Of a DNA stretch of 64,000 bases, positions 20,900 to 35,400 are shown piece by piece (the stretch's first letter is position 1; the number at the start of each line of letters is the position of its first letter). The notes beneath the pieces were generated by a model that searched no databases, was not told the origin of the DNA, and was given only the letters and a program-made list of their open reading frames with translations. Source of the DNA: Macrostomum lignano. Taxonomy: Eukaryota. The position numbers were made by a program, and so were the translations under genes. The stretch covers positions 62,001 through 126,000 of the forward strand of contig NIVC01002827.1 in NCBI GenBank assembly GCA_002269645.1, written 5' to 3'.

Positions 20900-22978
20900 A
20901 TGGACCTTAGCGAATACCGCAGGCGTGGCAAGGAGATGGTGGACTTCATCGCGGACTACCTGGAGAACATCCGCAGTTACCGCGTGTTCCCGGACGTGGA
21001 GCCCGGCTACATGCGAGCCATGGTGCCCGATGGGGCGCCGGAGCGCGGCGAGAAATGGGATCAAATTTTTGCCGACTTTCAGAGTGCCGTCATGCCGGGA
21101 GTGAGCGAACATCTTGGGCTTGATGAAGGATCTAGGATTCTGTAGATTAGGTCATAGTCAGATCATAACTCAGTCCTAGTGACATAATGGAGTCAAAACC
21201 GTTTCCAACCTAACGCAGATGACGCACTGGCAGAGTCCCAGAATGCACGCCTACTTTCCTGCTCTGAACTCGCCAGCATCCCTGCTCGGAGACATGCTAG
21301 CCGAGGGCCTGAACCCGGTTGCCTTCACCTGGGCCTCATCACCGGCCTGCTCAGAGTTGGAGATCATCGTGATGGACTGGCTGGCAAAGATGCTGAGTTT
21401 GCCGGAGTACTTTTTGCACAGCTGCGGTAGCAGCTCCGGCGGGGGCTGCATTCTGGTGAGCGGTGATGGCACTGTACAGATTGTCACTCTCTGCTGTGAT
21501 TGAGTGATTGATTGTCACTCTCTCCTGTGATTGAGTGATTGTCACTCTCTCCTGTGACTGAGTGATTGTCACTCTCTCCTGTGATTGAGTGATTGTCACT
21601 CTCTCCTGTGACTGAGTGATTGTCACTCTCTCCTGTGATTGAGTGATTGTCACTCTCTCCTGTGACTGAGTGATTGTCACTCTCTCCTGTGATTGACTGA
21701 TTGTCACTCTCTCCTGTGATTGAGTGATTGTCACTCTCTCCTGTGACTGAGTGATTGTCACTCTCTCCTGTGATTGAGTGATTGATTGTCACCCACTCCT
21801 GTGATTGAATGATTGTCACTCTCTCCTGTGATTGACTGATTGTCACTCTCTCCTGTGATTGAGTGATTGTCACTCTCTCCTGTGACTGAGTGATTGTCAC
21901 TCTCTCCTGTGATTGAGTGATTGTCACTCTCTCCTGTGATTGAATGATTGTCACTCTCTCCTGTGATTGACTGATTGTCACTCTCTCCTGTGATTGAGTG
22001 ATTGTCACTCTCTCCTGTGATTGAGTGATTGTCACTCTCTACTGTGATTGCGTGATTGTCACTCTCTCCTGTGATTGAGTGATTGTCACTCTCTCCTGTG
22101 ATTGAGTGATTGTCACTCTCTCCTGTGATTGAGTGATTGTCACTCTCTGCTGTGATTGAGTGATTATCACCCTCTCCTGTGATTGAGTGATTATCACTCT
22201 CTCCTGTGATTGAGTGATTGTCACTCTCTCCTGTGATTGAGTCATTGTCACTCTCTCCTGTGATTGAGTGATTGTCACTCTCTCCTGTGATTGACTGATT
22301 GTCACCCTCTCCTGTGACTGAGTGATTGTCACTCTCTCCTGTGATTGAGTGATTGTCACTCTCTCCTGTGATTGAGTGATTGTCACTCTCTCCTGTGATT
22401 GAGTGATTGTCACTCTCTCCTGTGATTGAGTGATTGTCACTCTCTCCTGTGATTGAGTGATGATCACTCTCTCCTGTGATTGAGTGATTGTCACTCTCTC
22501 CTGTGATTGAGTGATTGTCACTCTCTCCTGTGACTGAGTGATTGTCACTCTCTCCTGTGATTGAGTGATTGAGAAAAATGCTTTCGCAGTTTCTGGCTAA
22601 TTTCTATTAAAGTACACATGTCTTCTAATTTGGCCTATAGCAGCAGGAATAGTGCATGTCTACGGCAAATATCTTAGCTGAAGATGGCATTGGTATCAGT
22701 ATAATGCAACTCACTTACTTGCAACACTCGCTACACCAAGAATGTCGGTGTGTAAACACATTGAGCAGTAGCCTGCCCGGTTGCAGTTGTTTGGTATTTC
22801 ATTATTTATCGATTAAATCACGCGACAGAAATTCTGCACATGCTTGGTTTAGTAGGCTCAGTGATATGCATTGCTGCACTTTATGTGAGTTGCTGTTGAC
22901 AGTAGCAAACAACTCACATCAATCAATGAACCAGTCAATCAATGAATCATATCAATGAATGAATCAATCAATTAATCG

Positions 22979-23039
<61 letters not shown>

Positions 23040-23112
23040 CCAATAAATCACTCAATCAATCAATCAATCAATCAACCAATCAATCACTCAATCAATCAAA
23101 AAATGAATCAAA

Positions 23113-23143
<31 letters not shown>

Positions 23144-23305
23144 AAAATGAATCAAACAATCAGTCAATGAATTAATCAATCAATAAATTAATCAATCAAT
23201 CAATCAATCAATCAATCAGTCAATCAACCAATCAATCACTCAATCACTCAATCAATCAAAAAATGAATCAATCAATCAGTCAATGAATCAATGAATCAAT
23301 AAATT

Positions 23306-23379
<74 letters not shown>

Positions 23380-23390
23380 CCAATCAATCG

Positions 23391-23451
<61 letters not shown>

Positions 23452-26400
23452 AAAATGAATCAATCAATCAGTCAATGAATTAATCAATCAATAAATTAAT
23501 CAATCAATCAATCAATCAATCAATCAGTCAATCAACCAATCAATCACTCAATCACTCAGTCAATCAAAAAATGAATCAAACAATCAGTCAATGAATTAAT
23601 CAATCAAATAATCAATCAATCAATCAATCAATTATTCAATCAGTCAAATATACAAACAAGCCAGCCAATCAATCAGCCAAACAACCCATCAACCATTGTG
23701 CAGACGACAGCCTCCGAGGGCACCCTGGTCAGCTTGCTGGCTGCCAGACGTCAGGCAATAAATAATTACCGCCTGGATTTGGACTGCGACGAGCTGACGG
23801 ACTCCGAGATCAACAGCCGGCTCATAGCTTATTGCTCCGATCAGGCCAGTAGCAATATTGCTTCTATTTCTACTTCTTGCTACTTATTAAGTAGAAATAT
23901 TTGCATTTCACGTTCGAAACTTGCCCGTCTAAGAAAAGTGAAAGAAAACGAAAATGCATAATACACATTCAGAAGTCTGACTTTAGTTGGTGGCTCAGCC
24001 ATATTCTCTCACAAGTGATTTTAATTTAACAGCTTCTTATTCCCTTCTTCGCAACACTCAATCAACTTGCGTGCCTTTCACGCATTTTTGTCTATGGTTA
24101 AGACAAATTAACTGAGCGTGCATCTAACGCGCCATCTAAAGTATTAAGCCAACGTAATACAATGCAACTCATACATCGATTTTTTGTGCTTAAATGGTCT
24201 ATGGCACTCGTGCGCTGCGCGCACTCGTGCATAGACCATTTAAGCACGCAAAATCGATGTATGAATCCTACATTGTTGACTTGAGAGAAGGAGTTAACAG
24301 TGACTGTTGTAACGATGAAGGTAGAATTTAATAATTAATTTAATAATTGACTGCACCTGCCCCAATTGGGCCAGATGTGCAGCTGACAGCTCAGCCGCAG
24401 CTATTGCGCGGCGCATCTCTGAAGGCTGCGTACGGCTGTTCAGTCCAAGGACTGGGGGCTCGCCACACACACCCTCAATTACCCCAGCTAATGCTGGCAC
24501 CCATTTTACAGCTGGGTGAACTGAAGCAATGCAGAGTTAAGTGTCTTGCTCAAGGACACAAATTGTTCCAGTGGGATCGGGAATCGAACCCTCGACCTTC
24601 AAGTCGTGAGTCCGACGCTCTAACCACTAGACTACAACCCCCTATGATGAAGGTACACATTGATACAGGGATGAAGGATATCGATGCAGGGATGAAGGGA
24701 CACATTGACCATTGCAGGCGCACTCGTCCGTGGAGAAGGCCGCGGTGATCAGTCTGGTTCAGATTCGATTTGTCCCATCCGACGAGCGGCACTCGATGCG
24801 CGGCGCTGCACTGGAGCGCATGATCGCCGAGGACGTTAAACGGGGCTTGCAGCCGTTTTACGTTTGCGCCACGCTGGGCACCACCGGAGCCTGCGCGTTT
24901 GACGTGCTTGAAGAGATCGGGCCAGTGTGTGAGTTTCCGCGGGGACCTGTCAACATCTTGAACACACTTGAACACACTTCTCAAACACCTTTCTCAAAGA
25001 CATTTCTCATAGACACTTCTCAGAGACACTTCTCAGAGACATTTCTCAGAGACATTTCTCAAATACACTTCTCAGAGACACTTCTCAAAGTCACTTCTCA
25101 AAGACACTCCTCAAAGATACTTGTTAAAGTCACTTCTCAGGACTCTTTCCTGGCACTAATCTCTTACGATTTATACCTGACACCTGCTCTAACGCATTCC
25201 CAAAACGTTCCTTCACCAAACGCTATCTGGATCAAACCGTCGCAGGTAAAACGCACGACCTTTGGCTTCACGTGGACGCGGCTTACGCCGGAAGCAGCTT
25301 CGTCTGTCCAGAGTTTCGCCAGCCAATGCGCGGAATTCAACACGCTGAGTCATTTGTCTTCAATCCCAGCAAGTGGCTGCTGGTCAACTTCGACTGTACA
25401 GCGCTTTGGTAAGCGGAGGTTAAAGACTACGTCGTATCAAACTCAGTGTTTGTGTACAAAACTTAACCAGGGGATTCATGCCAAGTGTGTGACTGACAAA
25501 CTTACGGCTCGTATTAGCAATACAGATCTCTGATCTCAGACTACAGTTAAGTTCGCCATTCCTCATCCGGCAGGGTGAAAGACAGTCGCAAGCTGCACAA
25601 CACGTTCAACATTGAGCCGCTGTACCTCAAGCACGAGAGGACCGGTGTAGCCATCGATTTCATGGTGAGTTTCCGCCTGTATTTATAATTGCCAACCAAT
25701 CAATTCAGCATGAGAAATAGCCGCAGAACCAAACACTGACAGCATTGGCAGATTCCTTTGAGCAAGAAGTTTCGGTCACTAAAGCTTTGGTTCGTTCTGA
25801 GAAGCTACGGCATTGAGGGACTTCAGGAGCATATTCGGAAGGTGAGCTCTGAATGGCGTTTGCGTCTGACGGCTGACTCTACTGTTTAACAGGTGACTCT
25901 AGTGTCTAACAGGTAACTCTAGTGTCTAACAGGTGACTCTAGTGTCTAACAGGTGACTCTAGTGTCTAACAGGTGACTCTAGTGTCTAACAGGTGACTCT
26001 AGTGTCTAACAGGTGACTCTAGTGTCTAACAGGTGACTCTATTGTCTAACAGGTGACTCCAGTGTCTAACAGGTGACTCTAGTGTCTAACAGGTGACTCT
26101 AGTGTCTAACAGGTGACTCTAGTGTCTAACAGGTGACTCTAGTGTCTAACAGGTGACTCTAGTGTCTAACAGGTGACTCTAGTGTCTAACAGGTGACTCT
26201 AGTGTCTAACAGGTGACTCTAGTGTCTAACAGGTGACTCTAGTGTCTAACAGGTGACTCTAGTGTCTAACAGGTGACTCTATTGTCTAACAGGTGACTCC
26301 AGTGTCTAACAGGTGACTCTAGTGTCTAACAGGTGACTCTAGTGTCTAACAGGTGACTCTAGTGTCTAACAGGTGACTCTAGTGTCTAACAGGTGACTCT

Positions 26401-29400
26401 AGTGTCTAACAGGTGACTCTAGTGTCTAACAGGTGACTCTATTGTCTAACAGGTGACTCCAGTGTCTAACAGGTGACTCTATTGTCTAACAGGTGACTCT
26501 AGTGTCTAACAGGTGACTCTATTGTCTAACAGGTGACTCCAGTGTCTAACAGGTGACTCTAGTGTCTAGCAGGTAACTCTAGTGTCTAACAGGTGACTCT
26601 AGTGTCTAACAGGTGACTCTAGTGGCTAACAGGTGACTCTAGTGTCTAACAGGTGACTCTAGTGTCAAACAGGTGACTCCAGGGGCTAACAGGTGACTCT
26701 AGTGTCTAGCAGGTGACTCTAGTGTCTAACAGGTGACTCTACTGGCTAACAGGTGACTCTAGTGTCTAGCAGGTGACTCTAGTGTTCAACAGGTGACTCT
26801 AGTGTCTAACAGGTGACTCTAGTGTCTAACAGGTGACTCTAGTGTCTAACAGGTGACTCTAGTGTCTAACAGGTGACTCTAGTGTCTAACAGGTGACTCT
26901 AGTGTCTAACAGGTGACTCTAGTGTCTAACAGGTGACTCTAGTGTCTAACAGGTGACTCTAGTGTCTAACAGGTGACTCTAGTGTCTAACAGGTGACTCT
27001 AGTGTCTAACAGGTGACTCTAGTGTCTAACAGGTGACTCTAGTGTCTAACAGGTGACTCTAGTGTCTAACAGGTGACTCTAGTGTCTAACAGGTGACTCT
27101 AGTGGCTAACAGGTGACTCCAGTGGCTAACAGGTGACTCTAGTGTCTAGCAGGTGACTCTAGTGTCTAACAGGTGACTCTAGTGTCTAACAGGTAACTCT
27201 AGTGTCTAACAGGTGACTCTAGTGTCTAACAGGTGACTCTAGTGTCAAACAGGTGACTCCAGGGGCTAACAGGTGACTCTAGTGTCTAGCAGGTGACTCT
27301 AGTGGCTAACAGGTGACTCCAGTGGCTAACAGGTGACTCTAGTGTCTAGCAGGTGACTCCAGTGGCTAACAGGTGACTCTAGTGTCTAGCAGGTGACTCT
27401 AGTGTCTAACAGGTGACTCTAGTGTCTAACAGGTGACTCCAGTGTCTAACAGGTGACTCTAGTGTCTAGCAGGTAACTCTAGTGTCTAACAGGTGACTCT
27501 AGTGTCTAACAGGTGACTCTAGTGGCTAACAGGTGACTCTAGTGTCTAACAGGTGACTCTAGTGTCAAACAGGTGACTCCAGGGGCTAACAGGTGACTCT
27601 AGTGTCTAGCAGGTGACTCTAGTGTCTAACAGGTGACTCTACTGGCTAACAGGTGACTCCAGTGGCTAACAGGTGACTCTAGTGTCTAACAGGTGACTCT
27701 AGTGTCTAGCAGGTGACTCTAGTGTCTAACAGGTGACTCTAGTGTCTAACAGGTGACTCCAGTGGCTAACAGGTGACTCCAGTGGCTAACAGGTGACTCT
27801 AGTGTCTAGCAGGTGACTCCAGTGGCTAACAGGTGACTCTAGTGTCTAACAGGTGACTCTAGTGTCTAACAGGTGACTCCAGTGGCTAACAGGTGACTCT
27901 AGTGTCTAGCAGGTGACTCTAGTGTCTAACAGGTGACTCTAGTGGCTAACAGGTGACTCTAGTGTCTAACAGGTGACTCTAGTGTCAAACAGGTGACTCC
28001 AGGGGCTAACAGGTGACTCTAGTGTCTAGCAGGTGACTCTAGTGGCTAACAGGTGACTCCAGTGGCTAACAGGTGACTCTAGTGTCTAGCAGGTGACTCC
28101 AGTGGCTAACAGGTGACTCTAGTGTCTAGCAGGTGACTCTAGTGTCTAACAGGTGACTCTAGTGTCTAACAGGTGACTCTAGTGTCTAGCAGGTGACTCT
28201 AGTGTCTAACAGGTGACTCTAGTGTCTAACAGGTGACTCTAGTGTTCAACAGGTGACTCTAGTGTCTAACAGGTGACTCTAGTGTCTAACAGGTGACTCT
28301 AGTGTCTAGCAGGTGACTCTAGTGTCTAACAGGTGACTCTAGTGTTTAACAGGTGACTCTAGTGGCTAACAGGTGACTCTAGTGTCTAACAGGTGACTCT
28401 AGTGTCTAACAGGTGACTCCAGGGGCTAACAGGTGACTCTAGTGTCTAGCAGGTGACTCTAGTGTCTAACAGGTGACTCTACTGGCTAGCAGGTGACTCT
28501 AGTGTCTAACAGGTGACTCCAGTGGCTAACAGGTGACTCCAGGGGCTAACAGGTGACTCTAGTGTCTAGCAGGTGACTCCAGTGGCTAACAGGTGACTCT
28601 AATGTCTAGCAGGTGACTCTAGTGTCTAACAGGTGACTCTAGTGTCTAACAGGTGACTCTAGTGGCTAGCAGGTGACTCTAGTGTCTAACAGGTGACTCT
28701 AGTGTCTAACAGGTGACTCTAGTGTCTAACAGGTGACTCCAGTGGCTAACAGGTGACTCTAGTGTCTAACAGGTGACTCTAGTGTCTAGCAGGTGACTCT
28801 AGTGTCTAACAGGTGACTCTAGTGTCTAACAGGTGACTCTAGTGTCTAACAGGTGACTCTAGTGTCTAACAGGTGACTCTAGTGTCTAACAGGTGACTCT
28901 AGTGTCTAACAGGTGACTCCAGTGGCTAACAGGTGACTCTAGTGTCTAGCAGGTGACTCCAGTGGCTAACAGGTGACTCTAGTGTCTAGCAGGTGACTCT
29001 AGTGTCTAGCAGGTGACTCCAGTGGCTTACAGGTGACTCTAGTGTCTAACAGGTGACTCTAGTGTCTAACAGGTGACTCTAGTGTCTAGCAGGTGACTCC
29101 AGTGGCTAACAGGTGACTCTAGTGTCTAACAGGTGACTCCAGTGGCTAACAGGTGACTCTAGTGTCTAACAGGTGACTCTAGTGTCTAGCAGGTGACTCT
29201 AGTGTCTAACAGGTGACTCTAGTGTCTAACAGGTGACTCTAGTGTCTAGCAGGTGACTCTAGTGTCTAGCAGGTGACTCTAGTGTCTAACAGGTGACTCT
29301 AGTGTCTAACAGGTGACTCTAGTGTCTAACAGGTGACTCTAGTGTCTAACAGGTGACTCTCGTGTCTAACAGGTGACTCTAGTGTCTAACAGGTGACTCT

Positions 29401-32400
29401 AGTGTCTAGCAGGTGACTCTAGTGTCTAGCAGGTGACTCTAGTGTCTAACAGGTGACTCTAGTGTCTAACAGGTGACTCTAGTGTCTAACAGGTGACTCT
29501 AGTGTCTAACAGGTGACTCTAGTGTCTAGCAGGTGACTCTAGTGTCTAACAGGTGACTCTACTGGCTAACAGGTGACTCTAGTGTCTAACAGGTGACTCT
29601 AGTGTCTAACAGGTGACTCCAGTGGCTAACAGGTGACTCTAGTGTCTAACAGGTGACTCTAGTGTCTAGCAGGTGACTCTAGTGTCTAACAGGTGACTCT
29701 AGTGTCTAACAGGTGACTCTAGTGTCTAACAGGTGACTCCAGTGGCTAACAGGTGACTCTAGTGTCTAACAGGTGACTCCAGTGGCTAACAGGTGACTCT
29801 AGTGTCTAACAGGTGACTCTAGTGTCTAACAGGTGACTCCAGTGGCTAACAGGTGACTCTAGTGTCTAGCAGGTGACTCTAGTGTCTAACAGGTGACTCT
29901 AGTGTCTAACAGGTGACTCTAGTGTCTAACAGGTGACTCTAGTGTCTAACAGGTGACTCTAGTGTCTAGCAGGTGACTCTAGTGTCTAGCAGGTGACTCT
30001 AGTGTCTAACAGGTGACTCTAGTGTCTAACAGGTGACTCTAGTGTCTAACAGGTGACTCTCGTGTCTAACAGGTGACTCTAGTGTCTAGCAGGTGACTCT
30101 AGTGTCTAACAGGTGACTCTAGTGTCTAGCAGGTGACTCTAGTGTCTAGCAGGTGACTCTAGTGTCTAACAGGTGACTCTAGTGTCTAACAGGTGACTCT
30201 AGTGTTCAACAGGTGACTCTAGTGTCTAACAGGTGACTCTAGTGTCTAACAGGTGACTCTAGTGTCTAGCAGGTGACTCTAGTGTCTAACAGGTGACTCT
30301 AGTGTCTAACAGGTGACTCTAGTGGCTAACAGGTGACTCTAGTGTCTAACAGGTGACTCTAGTGTCTAACAGGTGACTCCAGGGGCTAACAGGTGACTCT
30401 AGTGTCTAGCAGGTGACTCTAGTGTCTAACAGGTGACTCTACTAGCTAACAGGTGACTCTAGTGTCTAACAGGTGACTCCAGTGGCTAACAGGTGACTCC
30501 AGTGGCTAACAGGTGACTCTAGTGTCTAGCAGGTGACTCCAGTGGCTAACAGGTGACTCTAGTGTCAAACAGGTGACTCCAGGGGCTAACAGGTGACTCT
30601 AGTGTCTAGCAGGTGACTCTAGTGTCTAACAGGTGACTCTACTGGCTAACAGGTGACTCTAGTGTCTAGCAGGTGACTCTAGTGTTCAACAGGTGACTCT
30701 AGTGTCTAACAGGTGACTCTAGTGTCTAACAGGTGACTCTAGTGTCTAACAGGTGACTCTAGTGTCTAACAGGTGACTCTAGTGTCTAACAGGTGACTCC
30801 AGTGGCTAACAGGTGACTCCAGTGGCTAACAGGTGACTCTAGTGTCTAACAGGTGACTCTAGTGTCTAGCAGGTGACTCTAGTGTCTAACAGGTGACTCT
30901 AGTGTCTAACAGGTGACTCTAGTGGCTAACAGGTGACTCCAGTGGCTAACAGGTGACTCTAGTGTCTAGCAGGTGACTCCAGTGGCTAACAGGTGACTCT
31001 AGTGTCTAACAGGTGACTCTAGTGTCTAACAGGTGACTCCAGTGGCTAACAGGTGACTCTAGTGTCTAGCAGGTGACTCTAGTGTCTAACAGGTGACTCT
31101 AGTGGCTAACAGGTGACTCTAGTGTCTAACAGGTGACTCTAGTGTCTAACAGGTGACTCCAGGGCTAACAGGTGACTCTAGTGTCTAGCAGGTGACTCTA
31201 GTGGCTAACAGGTGACTCCAGTGGCTAACAGGTGACTCTAGTGTCTAGCAGGTGACTCCAGTGGCTAACAGGTGACTCTAGTGTCTAGCAGGTGACTCTA
31301 GTGTCTAACAGGTGACTCTAGTGTCTAACAGGTGACTCTAGTGTCTAGCAGGTGACTCTAGTGTCTAACAGGTGACTCTAGTGTCTAACAGGTGACTCTA
31401 GTGTCTAACAGGTGACTCTAGTGTCTAACAGGTGACTCTAGTGTCTAACAGGTGACTCTAGTGTCTAGCAGGTGACTCTAGTGTCTAACAGGTGACTCTA
31501 GTGTCTAACAGGTGACTCTAGTGGCTAACAGGTGACTCTAGTGTCTAACAGGTGACTCTAGTGTCTAACAGGTGACTCCAGGGGCTAACAGGTGACTCTA
31601 GTGTCTAGCAGGTGACTCTAGTGTCTAACAGGTGACTCTACTGGCTAACAGGTGACTCTAGTGTCTAACAGGTGACTCCAGTGGCTAACAGGTGACTCCA
31701 GTGCTAACAGGTGACTCTAGTGTCTAGCAGGTGACTCTAGTGTCTAACAGGTGACTCTAGTGTCTAGCAGGTGACTCTAGTGTCTAACAGGTGACTCTAG
31801 TGTCTAACAGGTGACTCTAGTGTCTAGCAGGTGACTCTAGTGTCTAACAGGTGACTCTAGTGTCTAACAGGTGACTCTAGTGTCTAACAGGTGACTCTAG
31901 TGTCTAACAGGTGACTCTAGTGTCTAACAGGTGACTCTAGTGTCTAGCAGGTGACTCTAGTGTCTAACAGGTGACTCTAGTGTCTAACAGGTGACTCTAG
32001 TGTCTAACAGGTGACTCTAGTGTCTAACAGGTGACTCTAGTGTCTAACAGGTGACTCCATGGCTAACAGGTGACTCCAGTGTCTAACAGGTGACTCTAGT
32101 GTCTAACAGGTGACTCCAGTGGCTAACAGGTGACTCTAGTGTCTAACAGGTGACTCTAGTGTCTAACAGGTGACTCTAGTGTCTACAGGTGACTCTAGTG
32201 TCTAACAGGTGACTCTAGTGTCTAACAGGTGACTCTAGTGTCTAGCAGGTGACTCTAGTGTCTAACAGGTGACTCTAGTGTCTAACAGGTGACTCCAGTG
32301 GCTAACAGGTGACTCTAGTGTCTAACAGGTGACTCTAGTGTCTAACAGGTGACTCTAGTGTCTAACAGGTGACTCTAGTGTCTAACAGGTGACTCTAGTG

Positions 32401-35400
32401 TCTAGCAGGTGACTCTAGTGTCTAACAGGTGACTCTAGTGTCTAACAGGTGACTCTAGTGTCTAACAGGTGACTCTAGTGTCTAACAGGTGACTCTAGTG
32501 TCTAACAGGTGACTCTAGTGTCTAACAGGTGACTCTAGTGTCTAACAGGTGACTCTAGTGTCTAACAGGTGACTCTAGTGTCTAACAGGTGACTCTAGTG
32601 TCTAACAGGTGACTCTAGTGTCTAACAGGTGACTCTAGTGTCTAACAGGTGACTCTAGTGTCTAACAGGTGACTCTAGTGTCTAACAGGTGACTCTAGTG
32701 TCTAACAGGTGACTCTAGTGGCTAACAGGTGACTCTAGTGTCTAACAGGTGACTCTAGTGTCTAACAGGTGACTCTAGTGGCTAACAGGTGACTCTAGTG
32801 TCTAACAGGTGACTCTAGTGTCTAACAGGTGACTCTAGTGTCTAACAGGTGACTCTAGTGTCTAACAGGTGACTCTAGTGTCTAACAGGTGACTCTAGTG
32901 CTAACAGGTGACTCTAGTGTCTAACAGGTGACTCCAGGCTAACAGGTGACTCTAGTGTCTAGCAGGTGACTCTAGTGGCTAACAGGTGACTCCAGTGTCT
33001 AACAGGTGACTCTAGTGTCTAACAGGTGACTCTAGTGTCTAACAGGTGACTCTAGTGTCTAGCAGGTGACTCTAGTGTCTAACAGGTGACTCTAGTGTCT
33101 AACAGGTGACTCTAGTGTCTAACAGGTGACTCTAGTGTCTAACAGGTGACTCTAGTGTCTAACAGGTGACTCTAGTGTCTAACAGGTGACTCTAGTGTCT
33201 AACAGGTGACTCTAGTGTCTAACAGGTGACTCTAGTGTCTAACAGGTGACTCTAGTGTCTAACAGGTGACTCTAGTGTCTAACAGGTGACTCTAGTGGCT
33301 AACAGGTGACTCTAGTGTCTAACAGGTGACTCTAGTGTCTAACAGGTGACTCTAGGCTAACAGGTGACTCTAGTGTCTAACAGGTGACTCTAGTGTCTAA
33401 CAGGTGACTCTAGGCTAACAGGTGACTCTAGTGTCTAACAGGTGACTCCAGTGGCTAACAGGTGACTCTAGTCTAACAGGTGACTCTAGTGTCTAACAGG
33501 TGACTCTAGTGTCTAACAGGTGACTCTAGTGTCTAGCAGGTGACTCTAGTGTCTAACAGGTGACTCTAGTGTCTAACAGGTGACTCTAGTGTCTAACAGG
33601 TGACTCTAGTGTCTAACAGGTGACTCTAGTGTCTAACAGGTGACTCTAGTGTCTAACAGGTGACTCTAGTGTCTAACAGGTGACTCTAGTGTCTAACAGG
33701 TGACTCTAGTGTCTAACAGGTGACTCTAGTGTCTAACAGGTGACTCTAGTGTCTAACAGGTGACTCTAGTGTCTAACAGGTGACTCTAGTGTCTAACAGG
33801 TGACTCTAGTGTCTAACAGGTGACTCTAGTGTCTAACAGGTGACTCTAGTGTCTAACAGGTGACTCTAGTGTCTAGCAGGTGACTCCAGTGGCTAACAGG
33901 TGACTCTAGTGTCTAACAGGTGACTCTAGTGTCTAACAGGTGACTCTAGTGTCTAACAGGTGACTCTAGTGTCTAACAGGTGACTCTAGTGTCTAACAGG
34001 TGACTCTAGTGTCTAACAGGTGACTCTAGTGTCTAACAGGTGACTCTAGTGTCTAACAGGTGACTCTAGTGTCTAACAGGTGACTCTAGTGTCTAACAGG
34101 TGACTCTAGTGTCTAGCAGGTGACTCTAGTGTCTAACAGGTGACTCTAGTGTCTAACAGGTGACTCTAGTGTCTAACAGGTGACTCTAGTGTCTAACAGG
34201 TGACTCTAGTGTCTAACAGGTGACTCTAGTGTCTAACAGGTGACTCTAGTGTCTAACAGGTGACTCTAGTGTCTAACAGGTGACTCTAGTGTCTAACAGG
34301 TGACTCTAGTGTCTAACAGGTGACTCTAGTGTCTAACAGGTGACTCTAGTGTCTAACAGGTGACTCTAGTGTCTAACAGGTGACTCTAGTGTCTAACAGG
34401 TGACTCTAGTGTCTAACAGGTGACTCTAGTGTCTAACAGGTGACTCTAGTGTCTAACAGGTGACTCTAGTGTCTAACAGGTGACTCTAGTGGCTAACAGG
34501 TGACTCTAGTGTCTAACAGGTGACTCTAGTGTCTAACAGGTGACTCTAGTGTCTAACAGGTGACTCTAGTGTCTAACAGGTGACTCTAGTGTCTAACAGG
34601 TGACTCTAGTGTCTAACAGGTGACTCTAGTGTCTAACAGGTGACTCTAGTGTCTAACAGGTGACTCTAGTGGCTAACAGGTGACTCTAGTGTCTAACAGG
34701 TGACTCTAGTGGCTAACAGGTGACTCTAGTGTCTAACAGGTGACTCTAGTGTCTAACAGGTGACTCTAGTGTCTAACAGGTGACTCTAGTGTCTAACAGG
34801 TGACTCTAGTGTCTAACAGGTGACTCTAGTGTCTAACAGGTGACTCTAGTGTCTAACAGGTGACTCTAGTGTCTAACAGGTGACTCTAGTGTCTAACAGG
34901 TGACTCTAGTGTCTAACAGGTGACTCTAGTGTCTAACAGGTGACTCTAGTGTCTAACAGGTGACTCTAGTGTCTAACAGGTGACTCTAGTGTCTAACAGG
35001 TGACTCTAGTGTCTAGCAGGTGACTCTAGTGTCTAACAGGTGACTCTAGTGTCTAACAGGTGACTCTAGTGTCTAACAGGTGACTCTAGTGTCTAACAGG
35101 TGACTCTAGTGTCTAACAGGTGACTCTAGTGTCTAACAGGTGACTCTAGTGTCTAACAGGTGACTCTAGTGTCTAACAGGTGACTCTAGTGTCTAACAGG
35201 TGACTCTAGTGTCTAACAGGTGACTCTAGTGTCTAACAGGTGACTCTAGTGGCTAACAGGTGACTCTAGTGTCTAACAGGTGACTCTAGTGTCTAACAGG
35301 TGACTCTAGCTAACAGGTGACTCTAGTGTCTAACAGGTGACTCTAGTGTCTAACAGGTGACTCTAGTGTCTAACAGGTGACTCTAGTGTCTAACAGGTGA

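Noticed and set aside
24572-24642. Functional tRNA gene
   Set aside because: The anticodon and acceptor stems pair poorly, and the sequence continues directly into a CORE domain, so it is a SINE head.
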